NCBI GenBank assembly: GCA_045592265.1
Contig: JAZNUK010000011.1
Location: 9,011 to 73,010 of the forward strand
Direction of reading: 5' to 3'
Length of the DNA: 64,000 nt
DNA from: Candidatus Fimisoma sp.
Lineage (GTDB): Bacteria > Bacillota > Clostridia > Peptostreptococcales > Anaerovoracaceae
Shown: in pieces, positions 50,213-58,870 of the stretch
Layout: each line of letters begins with the position of its first letter
Position numbering within the stretch: position 1 is the first letter of the stretch
Program-made: the position numbers and the translations under genes
The notes under the pieces: generated by a model
What the model saw: the letters and a program-made list of their open reading frames with translations, nothing else
Told to the model about the DNA's origin: nothing
Databases searched by the model: none

Positions 50213-50351
50213 AAAATCCTCCATAGTATATTTTCACATTTTCAATTTACAACTCAATTATTGGTAAGAAATAGATTTTCTATACCAAGACCATCATATC
50301 ATAAAAAGAAAAAATATGATATAATTAAATGATGTTGAAAGGAAGAAATTT

Positions 50352-50882
50352 ATGTATACAGTAGAAAAGTTTGAAAAAACCATAGATATAAAAAAATACA
50401 TAGAAGGGTATGTAAATGTAAAAGAATTTGAAGAGTTTTGCAAGGAATGCCCAAATTACGGCAAAGTATGGTCGTGTCCGCCTTATGATTTTGATGCGGA
50501 AAAATATTGGGAAAAATTTTCAGAGATCAGTATTTTTGCCTACAAGATTAATTTTACCGAAGACGTATCTAAAGAGGAATCCTATCAGATACTTAAAGAA
50601 GTTAAAAAGAATATGTCTGAGGAGCTTTTTCAATTAGAGGAAATTACTTCGGGAGCTGAATCTCTAAGCGCAGGAAGTTGTCATCTGTGCCAAGGAGAAG
50701 GATGCACCAGACCTCAAGGCGGAGCGTGTAGACACCCTCAGAAGATGAGATATTCCATAGAGTCTATAGGCGGAAATGTAGGTTTGACCGTAAGAAAACT
50801 TATGGGCATAGAGCTTGAGTGGATAGAAGAGGAAAAAGTACCTTCCTATTTTGTTTTGGTGGGAGGACTTTTGAAGAAGTAA
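50352..50882 (+). CDS. DUF2284-domain metal-binding protein
   Basis: CKECPNYGKVWSCPP and C..C...C cysteine motifs. 176 aa. Confidence 0.65.
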   Translation: MYTVEKFEKTIDIKKYIEGYVNVKEFEEFCKECPNYGKVWSCPPYDFDAEKYWEKFSEISIFAYKINFTEDVSKEESYQILKEVKKNMSEELFQLEEITSGAESLSAGSCHLCQGEGCTRPQGGACRHPQKMRYSIESIGGNVGLTVRKLMGIELEWIEEEKVPSYFVLVGGLLKK

Positions 50883-51260
50883 CATATAAAAACTCCCGGC
50901 GGGAATTAGTTTTACAGTGATAAGGAAGTATCCACAACAAATTACCACTAACGCTGACAGACAGGTTGAACAGGAAACGGGCAGGAAGTTAGACAGCTTC
51001 CCGCCCGTTCTTTCTATGCCCCGTGGAACATTAGGACAGCGTTTTCCGCTTTTTAGGGATATTGTATTGCCTACCCCGTTTTCGCACTCTGAAAGCCGCA
51101 CAAATGCTGACTTTTTTACGCTCTAAATGTCCACGCTGACAGGGCAGATGTTACGCAATAGAACGGTGTTTTGGAGGTCGGGCATATAAAACCATTCCCC
51201 TCTGATTTTTGCGTCTTGGAAGCCGCAAGGAATAAGGGCTTTTCATGGCTTTGCTACTCC

Positions 51261-51469
51261 CTATCGGTCAAAACGGAACTTCAAGATTGCTTCCATGAGC
51301 TGTGATTTCAAGCGGTTTTCTATATCGTTGTTGATATGCCCTTGAAAATAGGACAGATACTTGATATAGCCTGTGTAATTCTGTAAACAGCGTTGACCGC
51401 TTCCGGCTCTCCGGCAACTGCTTTTTCAATCACTTTATAGGGCAGTAGCTTATACTTCCTATTCTTCAC
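51261..51469 (-). pseudogene. ICE-type small HTH protein gene with a 1-nt deletion frameshift
   Basis: GTG 51469 gives (M)KNRKYKLLPYKVIEKAVAGEPEAVNAV. The family-like continuation LQNYTGYIKYLSYFQGHINNDIENRLKSQLMEAILKFRFDR* is in another frame after a T-run near 51385. The span is 209 nt, not a multiple of 3. Confidence 0.6.
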
Positions 51470-51896
51470 TTTGCAATGCCTCCATTTCTTCTCGCAATAG
51501 ACGAAGCGCATAGTTTTTCCTGCGGTTGACACTGCTCCTGCAACGCCCTAACATCTTGCCGATCTAAATGTCGCTGCACCCCAAATAGAAGCGCAGGAAC
51601 AGGATTTCCCGCCCCTTTTCCGGCAGACGCAACAATGCTTTTGCCAACAATTCACTTTCCACGATTACCGTTTCCCCGCAGACAGAAAAGGCGGTAGGCT
51701 CGTCATGGGCAACAAAATATTTGTCTGTGGAAATCGGCTCAAAATCGTATTCCCGAAGATAGTCAAGGGATACTTCATGCTGCTGCTTTCTCCGTAAATC
51801 CCGATAATCATTGATTGCGGCATGATAGAGTACGGTCTTGCAAAAGCCGTTGAAAGTACATTCGATATGCTCCCGATACTGCTCTGTGTAAGTCAT
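51459..51896 (-). pseudogene. ICE-type sigma-70 family factor gene with an in-frame amber stop
   Basis: The reading frame gives ...FLRFYLGCSDI*IGKMLGRCRSSVNRRKNYALRLLREEMEALQSEE*. A TAG at 51561..51563 splits off the region-4 HTH. Confidence 0.65.
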
Positions 51897-52271
51897 TCAA
51901 TTCACCCTCTTTCCTCCCGGCAAGGGGTTAATAAAACAAATACCCGCACAGCACAAAACTGTACGGGTGTTTGAACGACATAAATTGATAATGCTAATTA
52001 TATGACCTGTGTGTTCACTATTATGGGTGGAAATATCCCACAACAAAACTACGCTTTTTTTGACTGTAGGTTATGGGGCGATAGGATAGCAAACATGACG
52101 ATACCTCCCGATACCGCCAGACTTTCAATTTGCACAAAAATACGGCGGCTTTGAAAAATAATCAAAACCGCCGTATGGCTTTTGTATTCTGTTTTGGGGT
52201 GATGATACAGCCGCCGAAACAACGGTTTTTTTATTATCCGTTGGGTGGCACATCACACAGTATCATTGTAA

Positions 52272-52934
52272 TTAAATAAACTCCTCAAACTTATTTGCGT
52301 TATGTTGAAATGTTTCTATAAACCGACTTACATGGTATCCATCTGTAGTGGCATGGTGGCAGGTGATTGATAATGGCATAAAAACCTTTCCCACTTGCTC
52401 GTAAAATTTCCCAGACTCAACAGAGGGAAAGTAGTAAGGTTTATTCTCATAGGAATGAACACAAAAATGCTTAAAAGAAATCCATGGAACACAGGATACC
52501 GTGTACGCATTTTCTGGCGGCAGTACTACTGCTTGAGCAAGTATTCCGCGATGCTCCCCATGTTGCTGTTGGTTACCCAGATAGGCTTGATAAAACACCC
52601 GAAAATCATCATAATAATTCGTCCACATCAGGGAAAAAGTTTTGTCATTCGGATGGAAAGTTGCATAGAGGGGTGTCAACGAATGATAATAGCCTAACTG
52701 CCCGTTTCTTTCTGCAATTCTAAACTCTGTTTGTTGGTTAAGTGTCCTTGTAACGAGCCAGAGATAAGCTGGAAAAAACTTTATCCCGGCAGATTTTAAC
52801 ACGGTTCTCATGTGGCTGACATCAATATCGACGGTAAGCGAATAGCCGGTGGGAGCCGTTTTAGAAAAATAATAGAATATCTGCCCTCTGTTCCATGTTT
52901 GCAAATCCAGAGGGGTAAATTCAATTTCTCGCAC
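52272..52934 (-). CDS. cat: Type A chloramphenicol O-acetyltransferase
   Basis: GTG 52934 lies 10 nt after AGGAGG. W.R...F.YF N-terminal motif and the catalytic CHHATTDGYHVSRF (HHAxxDG[FY]H). About 220 aa, as expected for CAT. Confidence 0.85.
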   Translation of the reverse strand: MREIEFTPLDLQTWNRGQIFYYFSKTAPTGYSLTVDIDVSHMRTVLKSAGIKFFPAYLWLVTRTLNQQTEFRIAERNGQLGYYHSLTPLYATFHPNDKTFSLMWTNYYDDFRVFYQAYLGNQQQHGEHRGILAQAVVLPPENAYTVSCVPWISFKHFCVHSYENKPYYFPSVESGKFYEQVGKVFMPLSITCHHATTDGYHVSRFIETFQHNANKFEEFI

Positions 52935-52939
52935 CGCTA

Positions 52940-53524
52940 CTACACCTCCTGATAGAATAATCCGTGCTTCGTGCAATACCAAATCAATTTGCCATGCGCA
53001 AAAACGGGAATACGCACTTGTAAGTCCCATTCGGGATATTGCTTTCGCACCATAACGCTATCGCCAGTCAAAAGTGCAATAAAAGCAATATAATGTTCTC
53101 GTGTCATTGAATGATTGCTTGTAATAAAAAAGTCATTTTCAATGATTTCCACGGATAATTGTTCATCCTCACTCGCTTTCTGCGCCTGAATAGCTTTTAA
53201 CTTCTTGCTGCAACATGAAATATTCGTATCTACCATAGAAGTAATCATATTGCCGCAGGTCGGGCAAATATAGAAAATCAATTTTTTCATATTGCCCCCT
53301 AATATTTCGTTCTCATTCAGTTCTCCTGATAACAATTTCTCCAAATCGACATCAAATATTTTTGATAGTTCGGGCAGCAGAGATAGTTCGGGGCACCCCA
53401 AACCTCGCTCCCATTTTGAAACAGCTTTATCACTTATACTCATTTTTTCTGCTAATTGCAACTGGGTCAAATGCTTTTCTTTTCGCAATCTATAAATCAG
53501 TTGTCCGATTTTACCGTTGTCCAT
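52940..53524 (-). CDS. XRE-family HTH fused to a desulfoferrodoxin-like domain
   Basis: N-terminal HTH IGQLIYRLRKEKHLTQLQLAEKMSISDKAVSKWERG. Next comes the desulforedoxin-type motif CPTCGN-x13-CC, then neelaredoxin-like REHYIAFIAL and WYCTKHGLFYQ. Confidence 0.65.
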   Translation of the reverse strand: MDNGKIGQLIYRLRKEKHLTQLQLAEKMSISDKAVSKWERGLGCPELSLLPELSKIFDVDLEKLLSGELNENEILGGNMKKLIFYICPTCGNMITSMVDTNISCCSKKLKAIQAQKASEDEQLSVEIIENDFFITSNHSMTREHYIAFIALLTGDSVMVRKQYPEWDLQVRIPVFAHGKLIWYCTKHGLFYQEV

Positions 53525-54128
53525 TTTTCTCTCTCCTTTGTCTACATTATAAAAAACGGAGAAACAAGATACAATAAACTCTCCGTAGAGTTTCAGAAAA
53601 CTAAATTAAATTATAAATCTTGTTGTTGACAACTACAATAAGTTTTCTTGCTTAATGTAACAAGCCGCCTTTTTTCAGTCGGATATTAAGTAGAAGAACA
53701 AGCACATTTTTTGCGCCGACTTTGCCTAAACAGGACACGCCTACCGTATTAGTGATAAGGGGAAATTTCTTTATGAATTTTCTGTGAAATCTTCGGCATT
53801 TTTGCATTTTCAAGTGTTGTATATAGTGAAAGGGTTTGGGATATTCCCAACAAGGAAAATGCGGCGCATTTTGGGAAAAGAGAAACGGAAAACAGCGGTT
53901 TTCTGCCAAAACGGGGCAATCCGCTGAATGAAACTGTCTGCTATGAAATCGGCGGCACAATTTATGAAGTGTCAACCTCCTGCGGCGGTTCGGAACGGCT
54001 CTATGACAAGATGAAGCGGCTGATAAAATCGGAAACTTTCAAAACGCCTGCCGACAAAACAGAGGAAGTCCGCTATAATACAGATCACAACCTGTTTGTC
54101 CGGCGTTCATTGCAGGAGGAATGAACAC

Positions 54129-54557
54129 ATGACAGCATACACAACCACTACCGGACAGATAACAACATTATACGCCCGTTTGAGTCAAGAGGACGACATC
54201 AGCGGCGCAATCAGTCACGAACGGTTCTTGAAGCTGTCCGCCGAGTATGAAGCGGAGCAGAGGGAACTGACGGAAAAGGTCAAGGCGGAACAGAAAGAAG
54301 TCGATACCTACGAGCAGAACAAGAACGATTTTGACAGCTTTGCCGCCATTATCCGCAAGTATGTGGGGATTACGGAATTGACGCCCACTATCGTCAATGA
54401 GTTTATCAAGAAAATTGTTGTCCATGCGCCGGAAAAAGTCAATGGGAAACGCTATCAGAAAGTAGACATTGCATTCAACTTTGTGGGCGAACTCCGCTTC
54501 CCGACAGACCCGCAGACGGAACGGAAAGAAACCAATGAACAGGAAAAGACGGCATAG
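54129..54557 (+). pseudogene. Large serine recombinase remnant with an internal in-frame deletion
   Basis: The N-terminus MTAYTTTTGQITTLYARLSQEDD (resolvase catalytic-Ser region) joins directly to a DUF4368-like C-terminal tail (ERFLKLSAEYEAEQ...IVNEFIKKIVVHAPEKVNGKRYQKVDI). It is only 142 aa, against about 500-550 aa expected. Confidence 0.65.
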
Positions 54558-54688
54558 CCCTTGTTACGGGGCTACGCCGCCTAATCGGAAATTACTTCCT
54601 TGTGACCGAAAACCATTAATCCGGCAGGAGTTTTTATATGTATTATATGAATTGTTATAGCCCATTAACAGTTTAGTTTGAGCAGGCT

Positions 54689-55825
54689 CTATTTTACATA
54701 TACCTTAGGCAGCCTCTGTCCAAAAGCGCAAACTATTTCATAGTTGATGGTACCTGTGGATCTGGCAATATCGTCAGCCAAAATAGTGTTTTTGCCGTCG
54801 GTTCCCATTATTATAACTTCGTCACCCACTTTAACGTTAGGTACATCTGTAACGTCTATCATACATTGATCCATGCAGATGTTTCCGGCAACAGGCGCTA
54901 CACAACCGTTAACCAACACGCGAGCATACTTTGAGTATGGACGAGGATACCCATCTGCATATCCTAAAGCCAAAGTGGCGATTTTGCTAGGACGTTCTGC
55001 AATAAATTTTCTGCCGTATCCCACGGAGAAACCTTCCGGAACATCTTTAAGATGAACGATGTTTGCCTTAACGGACATAACAGGCTTAATGGCCAATTGG
55101 CGGGTGTCTACTTCGTCTGAAGGGTAACATCCGTACAAGATGATTCCCGGACGGCAAGCATCAAAGTGAACGGAAGGCAGTTCCATAATAGATGCGCTGT
55201 TTGCAAGAGTTTTCGTAGGTATGTTTATTCCGGAAGCAGTTAGTGCTTTGTAGAAATTATTGAAGCGCTCTTCTTGGAAACGAGAGAATTTCTTGTCTGC
55301 GGCATCTGCTGTTGCCATATGGGAAAAAAGCCCCTTGATTTCCAGGTTATCCATGGCAGCTATCTTTTTAATATCTTCCACAGACTGAGTAATGTCACTG
55401 GCAAGATAGCCAATGCGTCCCATGCCCGTATCTACGGCAATATAGCACTTAGTAATTTTACCTATATTGTTTCCCGCAATATCTATGGCTGCCGCGTTCA
55501 TAGAATTGCAAATAACAGGTGTAAGGTCGTATTCTACAATGGCATCCGCATAAATATCAGGAGTCAGTCCAAGGATTATGATTTCTTCCGTTGCGCCACT
55601 TTCTCTCAGAGTTATTGCTTCATGTAAGGTTGCAACGGCGAAAGTTTTGCAGCCGTTATTTCTCAAAACCTCTGCCACCTTTACACTTCCGTGACCGTAA
55701 GCATCGGCTTTGATTACGCCGATTAGCTCCTTGGCGCCTATTTTCAGCTTTATATTCTTAATGTTAAAGTCCAAATTATTTAAATTTATTTCGACCCAGG
55801 CAGGTCTTAAGGCGTTCTTATACAT
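54689..55825 (-). CDS. alr: Alanine racemase
   Basis: PLP-lysine motif VIKADAYGHG. 378 aa. The C-terminal beta-domain carries the YGYG-type region (SVGYGRKF). Confidence 0.9.
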   Translation of the reverse strand: MYKNALRPAWVEINLNNLDFNIKNIKLKIGAKELIGVIKADAYGHGSVKVAEVLRNNGCKTFAVATLHEAITLRESGATEEIIILGLTPDIYADAIVEYDLTPVICNSMNAAAIDIAGNNIGKITKCYIAVDTGMGRIGYLASDITQSVEDIKKIAAMDNLEIKGLFSHMATADAADKKFSRFQEERFNNFYKALTASGINIPTKTLANSASIMELPSVHFDACRPGIILYGCYPSDEVDTRQLAIKPVMSVKANIVHLKDVPEGFSVGYGRKFIAERPSKIATLALGYADGYPRPYSKYARVLVNGCVAPVAGNICMDQCMIDVTDVPNVKVGDEVIIMGTDGKNTILADDIARSTGTINYEIVCAFGQRLPKVYVK

Positions 55826-56052
55826 TGAAAATCTCCTTTGCTACGTTATAAATAATATTATATTACCCGAAGAAGAAAAATTCAAGAAATACGAGACAAA
55901 ATATGCTTATTTTGTTGAATTAAGGCGAAAAATCAAGTATTCTATTTGAAGAGCGCTATTGCCGGGTCGTAGCGGAAATAGGCGGTCATACTCAAGGAAA
56001 GGAAAGTATACTCAAATGTCTTTGAGAGACAATTGAATCATACGAGAAGAAA

Positions 56053-57375
56053 ATGGAAAGAGATAGCTTTAGAAGCAAATGGGGCTTCATTGTGGCCTGC
56101 ATCGGTTCAGCGGTGGGAATGGGAAATATATGGCTTTTCCCTGCGAGAGTTTCAGCCTTTGGCGGTGCGGCATTTTTGATTCCCTATTTTATATGCGTAA
56201 TATTTTTAGGATTTACCGGAGTGGTAGGTGAGATGGCATTTGGAAGAGCCATGGGAGCCGGTCCTATGGGAGCCTTTGGAGGAGCAACGGAAAGGGCAGG
56301 CAAAGGAAAGAAGCCGGGAGAAACTTTCGCTCTTGTTCCTGTATTGTGTAGCCTTGCCTTGGCAATCGGCTATTCCGTTGTGGTAGGCTGGATTTTAAAA
56401 TATCTATTCGCCTCTGTAAATGGTCAATTGTTTGAGGCACAGGGTGTAGAAGAGCTGGGAGGAATGTTTGGAGAAACAGCATCTTCCTTTGGTAATGTGG
56501 GATGGCATCTGGTAGCACTTATAATAACCTTTGTAATAATGGTGTACGGCATATCTTCCGGAATTGAAAAAGCTAACAAGTTTATGATGCCACTTTTCTT
56601 TATAATGTTTATAGGGATGGCAATATATATAGCTACTTTGCCCGGAGCAATGGATGGATACAAGTATCTTACAAATCCTGACTGGGCATTTTTGAAGAAT
56701 CCGGAAACATGGGTCTATGCCTTGGGACAAGCCTTTTTCTCCTTGTCATTGGCAGGTTCGGGAACATTGGTGTACGGTTCCTATTTGAAAAAAACTGAAG
56801 ATATTCCATTCTGTGCCAGGAATGTAGCGTTGTGGGATACCATCGCAGCACTTGTCGCAGCTATAACCATAATACCTGCTATGGCAACGGCGGGCCAGGA
56901 ACTCACTTCAGGGGGACCGGGACTTATGTTCATATATCTTCCAAATGTATTCCTTAATATGCCGGGAGGCAGACTGGTTATAATAGTATTCTTTATTGCG
57001 GTGACTTTTGCAGGATTTACTTCCCTTGTCAATCTTTTTGAAACGCCGGTTGAAGCGCTGCAAAACAAATTTGGATTGAGCCGTAAAAAAGCAGTATTGT
57101 CAATAGGTATTGTTGGAAGTATTGTGGCAATATGCATTGAAGGAATCGTCTCAGGCTGGATGGATGTTTGTTCCATATATCTGTGTCCGCTGGGAGCGCT
57201 TTTAGCGTCGATAATGTTTTTCTGGGTTTGTGGCAAGGAATTTGTAAGAGAGCAGATAGATCAGGGTGCCACAAGAAAACTTGGAAGTTGGTACGAATGG
57301 GCCAGCAAATATGTATTCTGCGGCTTAACTGTTTTGGTGTTGGTAATGGGAACCCTTTTGGGCGGAATCGGCTAA
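56053..57375 (+). CDS. Sodium-dependent transporter (NSS/SNF family)
   Basis: W.F..A..GSAVGMGNIWLFP N-terminal signature. About 11-12 TM segments. Confidence 0.8.
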   Translation: MERDSFRSKWGFIVACIGSAVGMGNIWLFPARVSAFGGAAFLIPYFICVIFLGFTGVVGEMAFGRAMGAGPMGAFGGATERAGKGKKPGETFALVPVLCSLALAIGYSVVVGWILKYLFASVNGQLFEAQGVEELGGMFGETASSFGNVGWHLVALIITFVIMVYGISSGIEKANKFMMPLFFIMFIGMAIYIATLPGAMDGYKYLTNPDWAFLKNPETWVYALGQAFFSLSLAGSGTLVYGSYLKKTEDIPFCARNVALWDTIAALVAAITIIPAMATAGQELTSGGPGLMFIYLPNVFLNMPGGRLVIIVFFIAVTFAGFTSLVNLFETPVEALQNKFGLSRKKAVLSIGIVGSIVAICIEGIVSGWMDVCSIYLCPLGALLASIMFFWVCGKEFVREQIDQGATRKLGSWYEWASKYVFCGLTVLVLVMGTLLGGIG

Positions 57376-57437
57376 GATAGGGATAAAAATAGACCAAAAC
57401 AAGTGAAAGATAATTTCAAAAGATATAGAAAAAAGGA

Positions 57438-57477
57438 AGACAGATAAAAGGGTGCAGATTATCGGTAACAATCTGCA
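57438..57477. terminator. Bidirectional intrinsic terminator
   Basis: AAGGGTGCAGATT-loop-AATCTGCACCCTT between convergent genes. Confidence 0.7.
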
Positions 57478-57523
57478 CCCTTCTTTGGCATTTAAAATGA
57501 GGAATCAATTATAATTGCTATGT

Positions 57524-57802
57524 TTACAGTTGCTCAAAACCGGTGTTTAAATCATGCTTAACACGGTCTGCTTCTTCAGCGGACTTTGCATTGTTCCACT
57601 GCTCCATAGTTCCAACCAGATATCCCGTGATTCTACGTATTCTCTCAAATGGAACATGTTCAAATTGATAATGTAAATCTGCAAACTCTCCATCTATGGT
57701 GATATCAAGAGATTTCAACTTTCTATTATATTTTTTTTCAAGATAATCAACGTAAGCCTGTTGTTCCTGCGGGGACACATTGCCTGTAATTTTTATACCC
57801 AT
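57524..57802 (-). CDS. Stand-alone protein resembling the glycyl-radical C-terminus of anaerobic ribonucleotide reductase (NrdD)
   Basis: ATG 57802 follows GGGAGGA. The C-terminal RRITGYLVGTMEQWNNAKSAEEADRVKH matches the NrdD pattern R-x-x-G-Y-L...(F/W)N-x-(G/A)-K-x-x-E-x-x-x-RVKH. There is no Zn-ribbon cysteine and no catalytic barrel. Confidence 0.5.
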   Translation of the reverse strand: MGIKITGNVSPQEQQAYVDYLEKKYNRKLKSLDITIDGEFADLHYQFEHVPFERIRRITGYLVGTMEQWNNAKSAEEADRVKHDLNTGFEQL

Positions 57803-57955
57803 AATAAATCCTCCCTTTCTTTCGTATAGGTCTATTATACACACATATATTGTGGTGTAAACAAAAAATAAAAGAAAAATCCACAACAAGTAGTTGGAAA
57901 ATTGAGGAACATATACATACCCCCTTTGGCATATTATATGGTGGGAGGGTAGAAC

Positions 57956-58354
57956 ATGAACGGACAGTATCTTATAAATGTTTTAAATCAATTACTAAAG
58001 AAGAATGAAGGAAGCCTTTTTTCCATAGATGAAACGGCAAGTAAATGGACCAAGCACAGCGATGTGGAAATTCTTCAGAAATTTTGCCGAGAAGGATATG
58101 CCATGGCGAAAAAGTACAACCATTTTATAATAGGAAAAGGGCAGAACAGGAATTACATAGGTATACCGGGAAGGTTCATACTTGAGGAACAGCCGGCAGG
58201 TGGGGAAACGGGGTTTACTTTATGGCAGCCTTTAAGAGGTGGAGAGACATTCTACAAGAATCTGGGAGAAATGGAGGAAGAAACTGCAGAATTTATTTAT
58301 GGATATTGGATTGCCGCTTTGGACGAAAACACCCTAAAAATCACAGAAGTGTAG
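57956..58354 (+). CDS. Hypothetical protein
   Basis: 132-aa ORF with a GGGAGGG RBS region upstream. I recognise no family. It is divergent from the NrdD-tail-like gene. Confidence 0.5.
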   Translation: MNGQYLINVLNQLLKKNEGSLFSIDETASKWTKHSDVEILQKFCREGYAMAKKYNHFIIGKGQNRNYIGIPGRFILEEQPAGGETGFTLWQPLRGGETFYKNLGEMEEETAEFIYGYWIAALDENTLKITEV

Positions 58355-58393
58355 TTGAAATCCCAACAAAAATATGATAACATATAAAAATGT

Positions 58394-58870
58394 ATGGAAA
58401 AGTTTATGTTAGAAGCTCTAAAAGAGGCACAAAAGGCTAAATTAAAGGGAGAAGTCCCTATAGGAGCCGTAATCGTAAGGGATGGGGAGATTATAGGAAG
58501 AGGTCACAACCTTACAGAAACTACTCACGATCCCACGGCACATGCGGAGATGCAGGCCATAAGGGAGGCCGCATCGGTCTTAGGCGGATGGAGACTTACC
58601 GGATGCCGAATGTTTGTAACCGCAGAGCCTTGCGCAATGTGTGCCGGCGCCATGATTTGGGCCAGAATTGAAAAGGTATATATAGGAACGATGGATCCTA
58701 AGGCGGGAGCCTGCGGGTCAGTGTTCAATATCCTGCAAGAGGACAAACTCAACCATAGAGTAGAGATAGAAACAGGACTTATGCAAGAAGATTGCAGTAG
58801 GATTTTAAAAGAATTTTTTAAAGACCTGAGGAAAACCAAGGAACAGAAATCGGAGGAAACGGAACAATGA
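58394..58870 (+). CDS. tadA: tRNA adenosine(34) deaminase
   Basis: HAEM and PCAMCAGA zinc-binding CDA motifs. Confidence 0.9.
   Translation: MEKFMLEALKEAQKAKLKGEVPIGAVIVRDGEIIGRGHNLTETTHDPTAHAEMQAIREAASVLGGWRLTGCRMFVTAEPCAMCAGAMIWARIEKVYIGTMDPKAGACGSVFNILQEDKLNHRVEIETGLMQEDCSRILKEFFKDLRKTKEQKSEETEQ

Larger units (their letters stand above)
50900..54660. mobile_element. Degenerate remnant of a conjugative/integrative element carrying cat
   Basis: Locally higher GC. It holds inactivated Tn916/CTn-type sigma and HTH genes, an internally deleted large serine recombinase, and an intact resistance cargo. The boundaries are approximate. Confidence 0.65.

Noticed and set aside
50664-51126. ORFs of 145 aa (minus strand) and 69 aa (plus strand) at the left edge of the element remnant, plus a hint of a cysteine-rich KTR-like or excisionase-like relic.
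   Set aside because: They have no RBS, they overlap each other, and I could not align the spacing of the Cys/Pro motifs to the ICE small-protein families I remember. I treat this stretch as degraded non-coding DNA.
53652-53975. A 107-aa minus-strand ORF between the XRE-Dfx gene and the recombinase remnant.
   Set aside because: It has a Cys/His/Arg-rich odd composition and no RBS. It lies opposite a start-less plus-strand fragment that looks like a genuine, though truncated, ICE protein.
55826-56052. A possible riboswitch or T-box upstream of the NSS-family transporter.
   Set aside because: I saw only short imperfect hairpins, with no glycine-riboswitch or T-box core sequences. There is not enough evidence to call one.
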